Assembly (NCBI GenBank): GCA_023228995.1
Contig: JALOAD010000015.1
Span: forward strand, 2,737 to 66,736
Reading direction: 5' to 3'
From: Candidatus Muiribacterium halophilum
Lineage (GTDB): Bacteria > Muiribacteriota > Muiribacteriia > Muiribacteriales > Muiribacteriaceae
Length of the DNA: 64,000 nt
Shown: positions 1 to 10,103 of the stretch, piece after piece
Layout of the letters: every line of letters begins with the position of its first letter
Position numbering within the stretch: position 1 is the first letter of the stretch
Notes under the pieces: generated by a model
Told to the model about the DNA's origin: nothing
The model's input: the letters and a program-made list of their open reading frames with translations, nothing else
The model's database searches: none
Translations under genes and position numbers: made by a program

Positions 1-166
1 TTTCGATTTCTGTTTTTTTAATATTTTTTTCAAATATTTCACAAGCTTTTTCAAAATCAGCTGCTTTGAAATATCTTTTACCTTTTTCTACACTATTAGA
101 ATTTCCACAAGAATTATTAAAAATCAATAGAAAACTCAAAATTAGCATTATTATTTTATTTAACAT
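1..166 (-). CDS. Putative TPR-like lipoprotein, N-terminal part only (runs off the window)
   Basis: Manual translation from ATG at 166 with AGGAG RBS: MLNKIIMLILSFLLIFNNSCGNSNSVEKGKRYFKAADFEKACEIF; hydrophobic signal, Cys, TPR-like helix. Confidence 0.6.
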   Translation of the reverse strand, partial: MLNKIIMLILSFLLIFNNSCGNSNSVEKGKRYFKAADFEKACEIFEKNIKKTEIE

Positions 167-196
167 TTTTAAAACTCCTGATTTATTTTTGTGAAT

Positions 197-1171
197 TTAA
201 CTCTCAAAAAACTTTATTACATCTTTAATAATATAATCAATATTAAATTCAGGATTAAATTCTATATATTTTCGAATTTTATCAAGCAATGGCTGTCTTA
301 CAAGCATATCTTCAAAATTAGAACCATATACTTTATTATAAGGAATATATTCAATCAATGAATCTGATTTAAGCTTAGTAACAATTTTTGTTGCAAGCTC
401 TGTTATAGTAACCTGTATATCGCTACCTATATTAAATACATTTCCGTAACATTCTTTTTTTTCACACAGAGCATAAACAGCATTTACAACATCTTCAACA
501 TGAGTAAAACATCTTGATTGTTTACCATCACCATATATTGTGATTGGTAATCCAAGCATTGCTTGTTTTATAAATTTTGGAACTACCATGCCATATTCTC
601 CGATTTGTCTTGGTCCACAAGTATTAAAAAATCGACCAATAACTACAGGAAGTTTTTTTTCTCTAAAATATGCAAGAGAAAGAAATTCATCTAAAGCTTT
701 TGAGCAAGCATAATTCCATCTTGAAACATTTGTCGAACCTACAACTCTATCATCATCTTCTTTAAGAGGTATATTTGTATTTTTACCATATACTTCTGAT
801 GTTGAAGCTATAAATACTGGTGTTTTATCTATATTAGCTATTTCAAGTATGTTTTCTGTGCCTTTAACATTAGTAATAATACTTTTTATTGGATTTTCAA
901 TTATATATTTAACACCAACTGCTGCTGCAAGGTGAATAATAAGATCAAAATCTTTAATATTTTGTTTAAGAAAATCAAAATCTGTTATATCTCCATATAT
1001 AAAATAGAAATTTTTGTTTTTTTCAAGCTCTTTTATATTTTCTTTTCGTCCAGTGGAAAGATTATCAATAACAGTTACTTTCCAACCATTTTTAATATAT
1101 TTTTCTGAAAGATGAGAACCTATAAAACCCGCACCACCTGTTATTATTACTTTTTTCATACTTTTCTCCAC
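197..1171 (-). CDS. NAD-dependent nucleotide-sugar epimerase/dehydratase (extended SDR)
   Basis: ITGGAGFIGSHL Rossmann motif, STSEVYG, YACSK (YxxxK), RFFNTCGPRQ. Confidence 0.9.
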   Translation of the reverse strand: MEKSMKKVIITGGAGFIGSHLSEKYIKNGWKVTVIDNLSTGRKENIKELEKNKNFYFIYGDITDFDFLKQNIKDFDLIIHLAAAVGVKYIIENPIKSIITNVKGTENILEIANIDKTPVFIASTSEVYGKNTNIPLKEDDDRVVGSTNVSRWNYACSKALDEFLSLAYFREKKLPVVIGRFFNTCGPRQIGEYGMVVPKFIKQAMLGLPITIYGDGKQSRCFTHVEDVVNAVYALCEKKECYGNVFNIGSDIQVTITELATKIVTKLKSDSLIEYIPYNKVYGSNFEDMLVRQPLLDKIRKYIEFNPEFNIDYIIKDVIKFFES

Positions 1172-2034
1172 TCTTTTTTTGAATATCCAAAGATTATATC
1201 ATTTTTTTTAGTACCAGTATACTTACAAATTGCACTACATTTTGATAGAAAGAGAAAAAATATGTGTTTATCTTTAATACTATTTAAACTTTCAAAATTC
1301 CCCTGACCTTTAGATATAACAAAATCAGCATTTTTATATATTTCATTAAACTCATCAGAACACATTTCAAGACATGTTCCAGGAGCGTCATATCCATTAT
1401 CAATTACTTTAACAACCTTGTCTAGTCCAGCAATTTTAGCATCTATCATAGTTGCATCATTTATAACAGTATCACCTCTAACAACAAAAGTTATATCGAG
1501 TCCAAATTCTTTAAGATATTCAATGAAAAATCTATCAAAAAATATTTCTCCAGCATTATCACCAAGATAAAGGAGTTTATTCCCAGGTTTAAGAAATTTT
1601 TTAAAATCATCAATAAAATTAATTACTATATCTTTTTTTATTATTTCATTTACCTTAACATCAATATTAAGATTTTCTCTTTCTTTTTCTGTTTTTATAT
1701 CAATAATATTACCTGCAATAACAAGCTTCACCATAGTTTCTAAATTATTTTTATTTTTTTCGAAATATTTTTTTATACGCTCTGTTTCTTTCAACATAAA
1801 ATCATTGCTTATATCTTTAACATCAGCATAAGGATCTTTTTTTATTATATTACGAAGTTTTCTATGAACATCTGTTGCAATATACATTGGAGCTTTTTGA
1901 GGAAAATTACTTTTAACAAACAATGATATTTCTTCAAGTATATCTTTTTTTTTTTCTTTAGAAAAATCAGTCTGATCAAGTACATAACCTGCTTGTTCTA
2001 TAATACAAGGAACACATTCTAAAAACGAAATCAT
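1156..2034 (-). CDS. DUF89/ARMT1-like damage-control phosphatase
   Basis: ECVPC N-terminus, GNIID, DNAGEIFFD, INDAT, KGQGNFESL. Confidence 0.85.
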   Translation of the reverse strand: MISFLECVPCIIEQAGYVLDQTDFSKEKKKDILEEISLFVKSNFPQKAPMYIATDVHRKLRNIIKKDPYADVKDISNDFMLKETERIKKYFEKNKNNLETMVKLVIAGNIIDIKTEKERENLNIDVKVNEIIKKDIVINFIDDFKKFLKPGNKLLYLGDNAGEIFFDRFFIEYLKEFGLDITFVVRGDTVINDATMIDAKIAGLDKVVKVIDNGYDAPGTCLEMCSDEFNEIYKNADFVISKGQGNFESLNSIKDKHIFFLFLSKCSAICKYTGTKKNDIIFGYSKKEWRKV

Positions 2035-3866
2035 TCTTTTACCTCACAAACTATTAAAGAGTTATTTTTACCAGCAAATTTATTTTCATTTGTATTTTGA
2101 TAACTATAAATTATTCTTTCATTAACATCAAATTCTTTATATTCACCAAGATTTGCATATATCTTATATTTTACTTTTTTATCATGACAAAGTTCAAAAT
2201 ACAAAAGATCATTTTCTGCTGTACAAATTCCAAGTTTCATATCGTTTGCAAAAATTTCATCTCTAAGTTTATTTATAGTTTTTATATGGTTTAAAACATT
2301 ATAGTCTATATTATCCCATTCATAAGTTAAAGTATCATAATTAAAATATGCCAAACTTCTTTTATGTTTTTTTAACTTTATATCAAAATCTTTTTGAGCT
2401 TCCTCTGTAAATCCAAGTCCGTAATTTAAAGGCAATTTATTAGCAATAAGAGTATCTGCTGTAAGCCCAAAACAAGAATTTGGAAATAAAGCTGACAGTG
2501 CTATTTGAAACATTGCTTTTTCTCTGTTTTTGGCAAAAATCGGTACACTATCGCCAATAACAGGCATTGTAAGTATTTTTGTTTTTAATTTATTAGTTTG
2601 ATTTAAAAAATATTTAAGACTTTCAGCTTTTTCATCAATAACAGTAAAAAGATTTCCTGTATAATAATCAAAATTATGCTCAATACTTAATTCATCTCCA
2701 GCTTTATTATCAAGGTTTTCCATTATTAAAACAAAATCTTTTGGTAAATCTTTTACCATTTTATCAATCATGTCAGAAGGAAGTGCATGAAACATATCTC
2801 CTCTCAAACCATCAACTTTATATTCGTTATTATAATACAATGGAATCTGACAAATTTTTTCCCATAAATCATTAATTGGAGATTGACCCGGAAAATTGGA
2901 TGATTTTAAAACTGCTTGTATAAAAAACGGAGGTTTTTGAAGAATTTCTTTACCTGAAAATTGAATTATCTCATCACAATAATCGTTAAAAAGTCTCAAT
3001 GGAGTTACATCAGTCCACGCTGGTTGCGGATCATTTACACAATCACTTGTACAAGGTGGAGTTATAATTCCAAATTCTTTTACAATTTCATCTAAAAAAT
3101 CTTCATTATCACCATGTTTTTTTACAAAATCATTCCATTTTTTTTCATTTTGTCTTTTTGGTGAAAACTCAAATAATTCTGATATTTCTTTAATAGGAAG
3201 ACCTTGTAATACTTTATCAATAACATCTTTTGTCATAGAAACAGATGATTCAAGACCATCTATAGGTGTTTGTAATAATTTTACAAGTTTATTTGTATTT
3301 TTTGGTTTTATCCAATAAAACCAATCTGGATTTTCAAGTATCCATAAAGAATCTCTTGCAGCTGTTCTTGGAACCATATCAATAAATACTTTTATACCAC
3401 ATTTATGACTAGCCTGTATAAAAGCTTTAAAAAGTTCATTTTCAGTCATTTTTGAATAATTATCATTTAAACAACTGTCAATTTTATAATAATCTTTTAC
3501 AGAATATGGACTTCCCTTTGTACCTTTACGAAATATCTCACTTCTCATAAAATTAGGAAGAAGCATAATACTATTAAAACCACATTCAGCTATAAAAGGA
3601 AGCATACATATTGATTTAATTAAATTTCCATTATCAAATTCTTTAACATTATTATGTTTATAAGAAGTAAAATGCTGTAAAAAAAGCTGTAACATATTAT
3701 TATTATTTTTCTTTGTAATTTTAAAATTTTCAATTTTTTCAAGTGATACTTTTAAAAAATCTGCAAAATCTTCATTATTACCAATTCCATATAGGTTTTT
3801 CCAACTTTGTGGTATTATAATATCTTTGAAATTTGAGGTTTTTTTTAATAGTTTTTTTAAAATCAT
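2031..3866 (-). CDS. GH13 alpha-amylase family, Thermotoga maltosyltransferase-like
   Basis: GSPYSVKDYY, DMVPRTAARDS, PDWFYWIK, SDCVNDPQPAWTDVT, DGLRGDMFHALP (catalytic Asp region). Confidence 0.8.
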   Translation of the reverse strand: MILKKLLKKTSNFKDIIIPQSWKNLYGIGNNEDFADFLKVSLEKIENFKITKKNNNNMLQLFLQHFTSYKHNNVKEFDNGNLIKSICMLPFIAECGFNSIMLLPNFMRSEIFRKGTKGSPYSVKDYYKIDSCLNDNYSKMTENELFKAFIQASHKCGIKVFIDMVPRTAARDSLWILENPDWFYWIKPKNTNKLVKLLQTPIDGLESSVSMTKDVIDKVLQGLPIKEISELFEFSPKRQNEKKWNDFVKKHGDNEDFLDEIVKEFGIITPPCTSDCVNDPQPAWTDVTPLRLFNDYCDEIIQFSGKEILQKPPFFIQAVLKSSNFPGQSPINDLWEKICQIPLYYNNEYKVDGLRGDMFHALPSDMIDKMVKDLPKDFVLIMENLDNKAGDELSIEHNFDYYTGNLFTVIDEKAESLKYFLNQTNKLKTKILTMPVIGDSVPIFAKNREKAMFQIALSALFPNSCFGLTADTLIANKLPLNYGLGFTEEAQKDFDIKLKKHKRSLAYFNYDTLTYEWDNIDYNVLNHIKTINKLRDEIFANDMKLGICTAENDLLYFELCHDKKVKYKIYANLGEYKEFDVNERIIYSYQNTNENKFAGKNNSLIVCEVKE

Positions 3867-3886
3867 AAAAATCTCCGTTTATTTAA

Positions 3887-3916
3887 TTGACTTTTACCTG
3901 TTTTTTTATTTATTAT
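3887..3916 (+). promoter_or_regulatory. Sigma70-like promoter TTGACT-18-TATTAT, overlapping a divergent TTGATT-16-TATAAT on the minus strand
   Basis: TTGACT 3887-3892, TATTAT 3911-3916; minus-strand TATAAT is 3912-3917 and TTGATT is 3934-3939. Confidence 0.5.
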
Positions 3917-3922
3917 AAATCA

Positions 3923-4738
3923 ATGTTTGATAAAATCAATGTATTTTTAAATTATTTAAGTAATAAAACAGGAATTTCAAGAGATATTATAAAAATAGCT
4001 CTTATTTTTGTATGTCTTTTTCTTATTACAAATATTCTTGAATCAGGATTTACATTAAATACAAAAGGCATAATGTCAAATGCATTAATATCATTTAGTT
4101 ATATTACAATAATCATAATGTCTGTAATATTTCATGAAACTTCGCACGGTTATGCTGCTTATCTTTTAGGAGATCCGACTGCAAAAAACATGGGCAGACT
4201 TAGTTTAAATCCTTTAAAGCACATAAGATTACCTGCTTTATTTGCAATGTTTGCTGTAATGCTTCTTGGTATAAACAATATTTTTATATACATAATAATT
4301 GGTATTTCTTTTGCAAAACCTGTACCTTTTAATCCAATTTATTTTAAAAATCCTAGAAAACAAAGTGCTTTAGTTGCTTTAGCTGGTCCTTTATCAAATT
4401 TTGTTTTAGTAATAGCAGGTTTTTTAATTTTAAAACTTTTTGTTCAGTTAGGAGTTTTTTCCAATGAAACTCCTTATTTAATATTAACAGTAGAATTTAT
4501 AAAGCTTTTTATTTATATTAATATTTATCTTGCTATGTTTAATCTTGTACCAATACTTCCTCTCGATGGCGGAAGAATACTTTATGGAATATTACCTGAA
4601 GAAATAGCTAAAACTTATGCTACAACTGAAAGCATTGGTTTTATAATAATAATTGTATTATGGTATTTTGATTTATTCAGGTTTATAGCACCTGTTGCAA
4701 TAAATATATTTAACTTTTTAGGGAGAATAATTATATGA
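3923..4738 (+). CDS. Site-2 protease family (M50) membrane metalloprotease
   Basis: HETSH (HExxH), GDPTAK, SLNPLKH, NLVPILPLDGG; the ORF-track TTG start at 3887 is the -35 box, so ATG 3923 is preferred. Confidence 0.9.
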   Translation: MFDKINVFLNYLSNKTGISRDIIKIALIFVCLFLITNILESGFTLNTKGIMSNALISFSYITIIIMSVIFHETSHGYAAYLLGDPTAKNMGRLSLNPLKHIRLPALFAMFAVMLLGINNIFIYIIIGISFAKPVPFNPIYFKNPRKQSALVALAGPLSNFVLVIAGFLILKLFVQLGVFSNETPYLILTVEFIKLFIYINIYLAMFNLVPILPLDGGRILYGILPEEIAKTYATTESIGFIIIIVLWYFDLFRFIAPVAINIFNFLGRIII

Positions 4739-6039
4739 ATATGTACGATCTTATTACAAAAAAAAGAGATGGTGGAACTCATTCTCAAGAAGAGATCAGC
4801 CATATTATTAAAGGATATATTGAAAACAAAATTCCTGATTATCAAATAAGTGCTTGGCTTATGGCAGTGTATTTTTCTGGAATGACTGATGAAGAAGCTG
4901 CAAATCTTACTATGACAATGGCAGAATCAGGTGATATGATGGATCTTAGAGCAATTAAAGGGGCAAAAGTCGATAAACATTCAAGTGGTGGTGTTGGAGA
5001 TAAAACTACTCTTGTACTTGGTCCGATTGTTGCATGTTGTGGCGTAAAAGTTGCAAAAATGTCTGGAAGAGGTCTTGGTCATACTGGCGGAACTCTTGAT
5101 AAACTTGAAGCAATCCCTGGGTTTAAGATAAATATCGATCCTAAATTGTTTTTTGATATTGTAAACACAACAGGTCTTGCAGTTGTTGGTCAGACAGGCA
5201 ATCTTGCTCCTGCTGATAAAAAAATATATGCATTAAGAGATGTTACAGCGACAGTTGACTCTATACCTCTTATTGCAGCTAGTATAATGGGTAAAAAACT
5301 TGCAGCAGGCAATGATGGAATAGTTCTTGATGTAAAATGCGGTAAAGGTGCTTTTATGACAAATCTTGCAGATGCAAAAAAACTTGCAAAATTAATGGTT
5401 GAAATAGGTAAAATAAAAGGTAAAAATATGTCTGCTGTTATATCAGCTATGGATCAACCTCTTGGAAGTAAAATAGGAAATGCTCTTGAAGTAGAAGAAG
5501 CTCTTGATACTCTTAAAGGTAAAGGTCCTGAAGATTTCACTCTTTTATGTATTGAACTTGCAGCAGAAATGCTTAAAGTTGGACATATTGGAAATTCAAA
5601 AGAAGAAAGAATTTCTCTAATTAAAGAAAAAATTTCTAATGGTGAAGCTTTAGAAAAATTCAGAGAAATGATTAAAGCCCAAGGTGGTAATTCTGATGTA
5701 GTTGATAATTATGAAATAATGGGTAAAGCTTCTCATATAATTGATTTTGTTTCAAAAAATTCCGGTTTTATAAGTGAAATCGATGCTCTTAAAGTTGGAA
5801 AAGCTGCTATGTTTCTTGGTGCAGGCCGTGCAACTAAAGAAGATAAAATAGACATGACAGTTGGTATAGAACTTTTCAAAAAAATCGGTGATAAAGTGCA
5901 AAAAGACGAAATACTTGGTAAAATATTCTATAATAGTGATAAAAAACTTGAAGAAGCAAAAAAAATGCTTATGTCAGCATATAAATTTGAAGAAATTAAA
6001 GAAAAATCTCCAGTACTTATATATGACATTATTCATTAG
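4735..6039 (+). CDS. pdp: Pyrimidine-nucleoside phosphorylase
   Basis: DKHSSGGVGDK, KMSGRGLGHTGGTLDKLE, DKKIYALRDVTATV, SIMGKKLA. Confidence 0.95.
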   Translation: MNMYDLITKKRDGGTHSQEEISHIIKGYIENKIPDYQISAWLMAVYFSGMTDEEAANLTMTMAESGDMMDLRAIKGAKVDKHSSGGVGDKTTLVLGPIVACCGVKVAKMSGRGLGHTGGTLDKLEAIPGFKINIDPKLFFDIVNTTGLAVVGQTGNLAPADKKIYALRDVTATVDSIPLIAASIMGKKLAAGNDGIVLDVKCGKGAFMTNLADAKKLAKLMVEIGKIKGKNMSAVISAMDQPLGSKIGNALEVEEALDTLKGKGPEDFTLLCIELAAEMLKVGHIGNSKEERISLIKEKISNGEALEKFREMIKAQGGNSDVVDNYEIMGKASHIIDFVSKNSGFISEIDALKVGKAAMFLGAGRATKEDKIDMTVGIELFKKIGDKVQKDEILGKIFYNSDKKLEEAKKMLMSAYKFEEIKEKSPVLIYDIIH

Positions 6040-6050
6040 AAGGAAATCCA

Positions 6051-6881
6051 ATGATTAGATTTTCATCGTTTTCAGGACAATTTTATGAAGATACAGAATA
6101 TAAATTAAAAAAACAGGTCTCAGACCTGTTTTTTGATTTTAAAACAAATGAAAAAAGAAAAGTACATGGTATAATTGCACCTCATGCTGGATATATATTT
6201 TCAGGCAAAGTCGCAAGTGCTACTTTTTCTAAAATCAATATAGAGCTATATAATAACCCTTTATTTGTGCTTCTAGGACCGAATCATTCAGGAAAAGGTA
6301 GTGCTGTTTCTGTATCAGATGCTGAAAGTTGGCACAATCCTCTTGGAATAGTTAATATAAATAAAAAAATAATAGAATTATTAAAAAAAGATAGCTTTTT
6401 TGATATAGAACCATTAGCTCATAAATTCGAACATTCTCTTGAAGTTCAAATACCGTTTATTCAACATATAATGAAAAATAAAAATTTTGAAATCTTGCCT
6501 ATTACTTTAGCTTTATACAAATTTAGTGAATTAAAAAATTTTAGTGACCGGTTAAATAAAGCTCTGCTTTCGCATTCAGGTGATATAATTTATATAATAT
6601 CAACTGATTTCTCTCATTATGTAAGTCAAGAGGAAGCTTTATTAAAAGATAATATTGCCATTGAAAACATTTTAAACAAAAACAGTGAAAAACTTTTTAA
6701 TGATGTTTTAGAACACGATATTTCAATGTGTGGAATTTCTCCTGTAACAGCTTATTTAAATATAATAGAAGATAATAAAAAAATATATGGAGAAAAAATT
6801 ATTTACCAAACTTCAGGTGATATTATGCCGATGAATGAAGTTGTTGGATATGCAGGAATTGTATTTTATAGAGAGGATTAA
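6051..6881 (+). CDS. amrB: AmmeMemoRadiSam system protein B (MEMO1 family)
   Basis: PHAGYIFSG, LGPNH, EHSLEVQIPF, STDFSHY, SMCG, VVGYAG. Confidence 0.9.
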   Translation: MIRFSSFSGQFYEDTEYKLKKQVSDLFFDFKTNEKRKVHGIIAPHAGYIFSGKVASATFSKINIELYNNPLFVLLGPNHSGKGSAVSVSDAESWHNPLGIVNINKKIIELLKKDSFFDIEPLAHKFEHSLEVQIPFIQHIMKNKNFEILPITLALYKFSELKNFSDRLNKALLSHSGDIIYIISTDFSHYVSQEEALLKDNIAIENILNKNSEKLFNDVLEHDISMCGISPVTAYLNIIEDNKKIYGEKIIYQTSGDIMPMNEVVGYAGIVFYRED

Positions 6882-6884
6882 ACA

Positions 6885-8084
6885 ATGAAAAAAATTTCAC
6901 TTCTTATAGTTTCTATTATTTTTTGTATAACAGTGTTTTCTGATACTTACAACTTTGAGGATAAAGGTAAAAATTTATTTGACGATGCTGTTTCAAATTA
7001 TAAAAACAAAAATCTATATCAATCAAAAGATTTATTTAAACAAATAATATCTGAAGTCCCTGACTCTGATTTTGCAAGACAAAGTTATTTTTATCTTGGT
7101 AAAATAAATAATGAACTTTCAAAAGAACTTGAAAAAGAAAGTATTGAATATTTTTCAAAAACAAGTCTTATATACAGCAAAAATGATGTTGGTCTTGAAG
7201 CTCTTCTTGAAAATGCTAAATTATATAAAGAAAACAATAATATAGAAGAACTTGGAAGAGTTTATAATAAAATAATATCTGAATTTCCTTCTCATTATAA
7301 AAGTGAAAATATATATTTTTTATATTTTGATTATTTAACATTTTTTGAAGAAAAAGAAAATTTATTTTTTAAATATATTGATAATTTCAATGAATCTTTA
7401 AGAGCTTCAGCATTTTATTCAAAAATGTTTGAAAATTATGTTCTTACTGGTTCAACAAAAAAAGCTGAAAGAATATTTGATTATACAGAAAAAGAAAATA
7501 TATCTAAAAAAACATTAGAAACTTATTATACCAATACAAAAGAATTAAAAAAACTTTATCAATTAATTAAAGATAATGACAAAAAAGTTCTGGATTTCAA
7601 TAAAAGACTCTATAATATAAATGAAATTGAAAAAACTTATGAAAAAGTAATTTCTAATGATAATGATACTGCTCTTTTGTTTGAATTTGTAGATTTTTTA
7701 ATTGCTAATAATAATTACGATAAAGCTTCAGAAGTAATAGAAAAAAATATGTATTCGGTTAACGAAGAACAAAGACCGGCTTTTATGCTTAAAGTTGGAA
7801 TAATACAAAATAAAGCAAAATACTATATGTCTGAAGATGGAAAAACTTATGTCAAAGATGTAAGTGATATAATTAAAGCAAAAACTAAATTTGAAGAAAT
7901 TATAATTGAACATAAAAACAGTGAAATTATTCCACAAACTTTATATGAAATAATACTTATAGAAAAAGATCATCTTTTTAATTGGAATAATCTTAAAGAA
8001 AAAGCCCAGATTCTTATAAAAGATTATTCAGAATCTATACAAGCAAAACAAGCGAAAAATATACTTAAAAAATATAGATTATAG
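6885..8084 (+). CDS. Secreted TPR protein (BamD/CpoB-like repeats)
   Basis: Signal peptide; repeated motifs of the type IISEVPDSDFARQSYFYLG and IIKDYSESIQAKQA. Confidence 0.65.
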   Translation: MKKISLLIVSIIFCITVFSDTYNFEDKGKNLFDDAVSNYKNKNLYQSKDLFKQIISEVPDSDFARQSYFYLGKINNELSKELEKESIEYFSKTSLIYSKNDVGLEALLENAKLYKENNNIEELGRVYNKIISEFPSHYKSENIYFLYFDYLTFFEEKENLFFKYIDNFNESLRASAFYSKMFENYVLTGSTKKAERIFDYTEKENISKKTLETYYTNTKELKKLYQLIKDNDKKVLDFNKRLYNINEIEKTYEKVISNDNDTALLFEFVDFLIANNNYDKASEVIEKNMYSVNEEQRPAFMLKVGIIQNKAKYYMSEDGKTYVKDVSDIIKAKTKFEEIIIEHKNSEIIPQTLYEIILIEKDHLFNWNNLKEKAQILIKDYSESIQAKQAKNILKKYRL

Positions 8085-10103
8085 AGTTTTTCCTATTTTT
8101 TCAAGTATCATTTCTTTGTCAAATGGCTTTACAATATAATCTTTTACCATTCCACTCTGAATAGCTCTAACAACTGAAGACTGTTCTCTTTTAGCTGTTA
8201 TCATCATAATAGGTATATTAATTTTATGTAATTTAAGTTGTTCAATAACTTCAAATCCATCCATTATAGGCATCATTATATCTAAAAGTATAAGATCAGG
8301 TCTTTCATTTCTTTCTTTTATTAGTTCAATTGCTTCTGAACCATTTGATGCAGTAATTATTTCAATATTTTCAAATGAATTTTCTATAAGTTTTGTAGCA
8401 ATAAGTCTAATTTCAGGACTATCATCTACAATAAGTATTTTTTTTGGTTCTGGTCCTAAATCTGAAAGATTTTCATCAATATTATTTACATAAAAATCAT
8501 AAAGAGTTTTTACATAACTTTGATCAAATTTAGCTTTATCTTTTTTCATTATTGAATTAAAGACATGATTAATAGAATAACCACCTCTATATACTCTACT
8601 TGATTCCATTGCCTGAAAAACATCAGCAATTCCAACTATTCTAGAATATTTTGGAACTTGTATTCCTTTTTTATTCTTAGGATAACCACTTCCATCAATT
8701 CTTTCATGATGTTGATAAGAAATATAAGCGATATTGCCTTTAAATTTTGACATTTCTGATAAAGTATCTACTCCAAAAATTGTATGTTTTTGAATATCAA
8801 AAAGATCGTTGAATTCTAGTTTTTGAGGATTATTCCAAACAAGATCCCTTACCTTTACCATGCCAATATCATGTAATAATGAGCCTATTGCAAGTTCCAT
8901 AAGTTCATCTTCTGGCATTTTGCTTAAATGACCAATAAGTACTGACATATAAGATACATTTATTGAATGAGATATAACATAATTATTTAAAGTATTGAAT
9001 TCTGCAAGTCTAACTGCTGCAATTGGATCAATTAAAACTTGAGATACTATTTTATTTGCTATTTGAATTATAGATTGTGAATCTATTGCAAGATTTGCTC
9101 TTGCATTTTTTAATAATGATTCGGTTGAATCTACACTTTGCTCATATTCTTTTTTAAACAATTCAACTGAGGGAGCCTCATATTCTATTTTTGTAAAACC
9201 TGTCTCAATAAAATCAGTTTTGCTTGTTAATTTTTTTTGAAGACCATCTTCATCAATATTTTTAAAATCATTTATAACTGGTGTATTTATTTTTATTGAT
9301 AAAAGTTCAGATTTTGCATCTTTTACTTCAATTTTTTTTTCAACTTTAATTACTTTTTTGGTTTCTGGTATTTTAACTTTTACATTTTCAGTATTACCTG
9401 CAATATCAAGTTTTTTCATTAATGTTACTAAATGAGTATTTAATTTTGCATCATTTTCTGAAAGTATTTTAAAACAGATTTTTTGTATATTTTCTTTATC
9501 ATAATCAAGCATTATATTATATATTTCATTATTCGTATAATTATCATTATTTTTCATTGAATATATAAGAGGAGTTATAATATCATCTTCTTTTTTAAGC
9601 TTTTTTATAAATTTAAGTATTTTATTTTTAATATCGCTATTTGATTGTTTAGAATATAAAGCTAAAAAATCAAGTGGTGATTTTTCAGTTAAGTCAGCTT
9701 TTACAATTATATCTAGTACCTGTGAAAGCACTTTTTCGTTTTCTATAGTGTTTATCTTATCAAAAAGAGCATTTCTTATATCATTATTTTGTATATTTTC
9801 TTCAACTGTCTTTAAAAGATTAAGTATTTCCTGATAAGAAATTTCATTAATACTTTCAATTTTTTCTAATATAGGGCTAATATCCTCATCACCATCTTCA
9901 TTTTCTTCTTCTATTATATCTTCGTCTTCAGATTCTTCATCCTCAAGAACAGAAACCATACGAATATTTCTTGAATCAAGTTTTTTTATATAATCATCTG
10001 TCAATGTAATTCCAGCATCTAAAAGTATTTCTTTGTTTTTATCAAAAACAGGTCTTCCTAAAACCATTCCTGGTTTTAATGCTCGAACTGATATTGTTTT
10101 CAT
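8079..10103 (-). CDS. HD-GYP cyclic di-nucleotide phosphodiesterase with C-terminal receiver domain
   Basis: N-terminal LKPGMVLGRPV motif, helical middle, LLHDIG, HHERIDGSGYP, REC (VDDS, LLDIMMP, KPF). Confidence 0.9.
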   Translation of the reverse strand: MKTISVRALKPGMVLGRPVFDKNKEILLDAGITLTDDYIKKLDSRNIRMVSVLEDEESEDEDIIEEENEDGDEDISPILEKIESINEISYQEILNLLKTVEENIQNNDIRNALFDKINTIENEKVLSQVLDIIVKADLTEKSPLDFLALYSKQSNSDIKNKILKFIKKLKKEDDIITPLIYSMKNNDNYTNNEIYNIMLDYDKENIQKICFKILSENDAKLNTHLVTLMKKLDIAGNTENVKVKIPETKKVIKVEKKIEVKDAKSELLSIKINTPVINDFKNIDEDGLQKKLTSKTDFIETGFTKIEYEAPSVELFKKEYEQSVDSTESLLKNARANLAIDSQSIIQIANKIVSQVLIDPIAAVRLAEFNTLNNYVISHSINVSYMSVLIGHLSKMPEDELMELAIGSLLHDIGMVKVRDLVWNNPQKLEFNDLFDIQKHTIFGVDTLSEMSKFKGNIAYISYQHHERIDGSGYPKNKKGIQVPKYSRIVGIADVFQAMESSRVYRGGYSINHVFNSIMKKDKAKFDQSYVKTLYDFYVNNIDENLSDLGPEPKKILIVDDSPEIRLIATKLIENSFENIEIITASNGSEAIELIKERNERPDLILLDIMMPIMDGFEVIEQLKLHKINIPIMMITAKREQSSVVRAIQSGMVKDYIVKPFDKEMILEKIGKTL

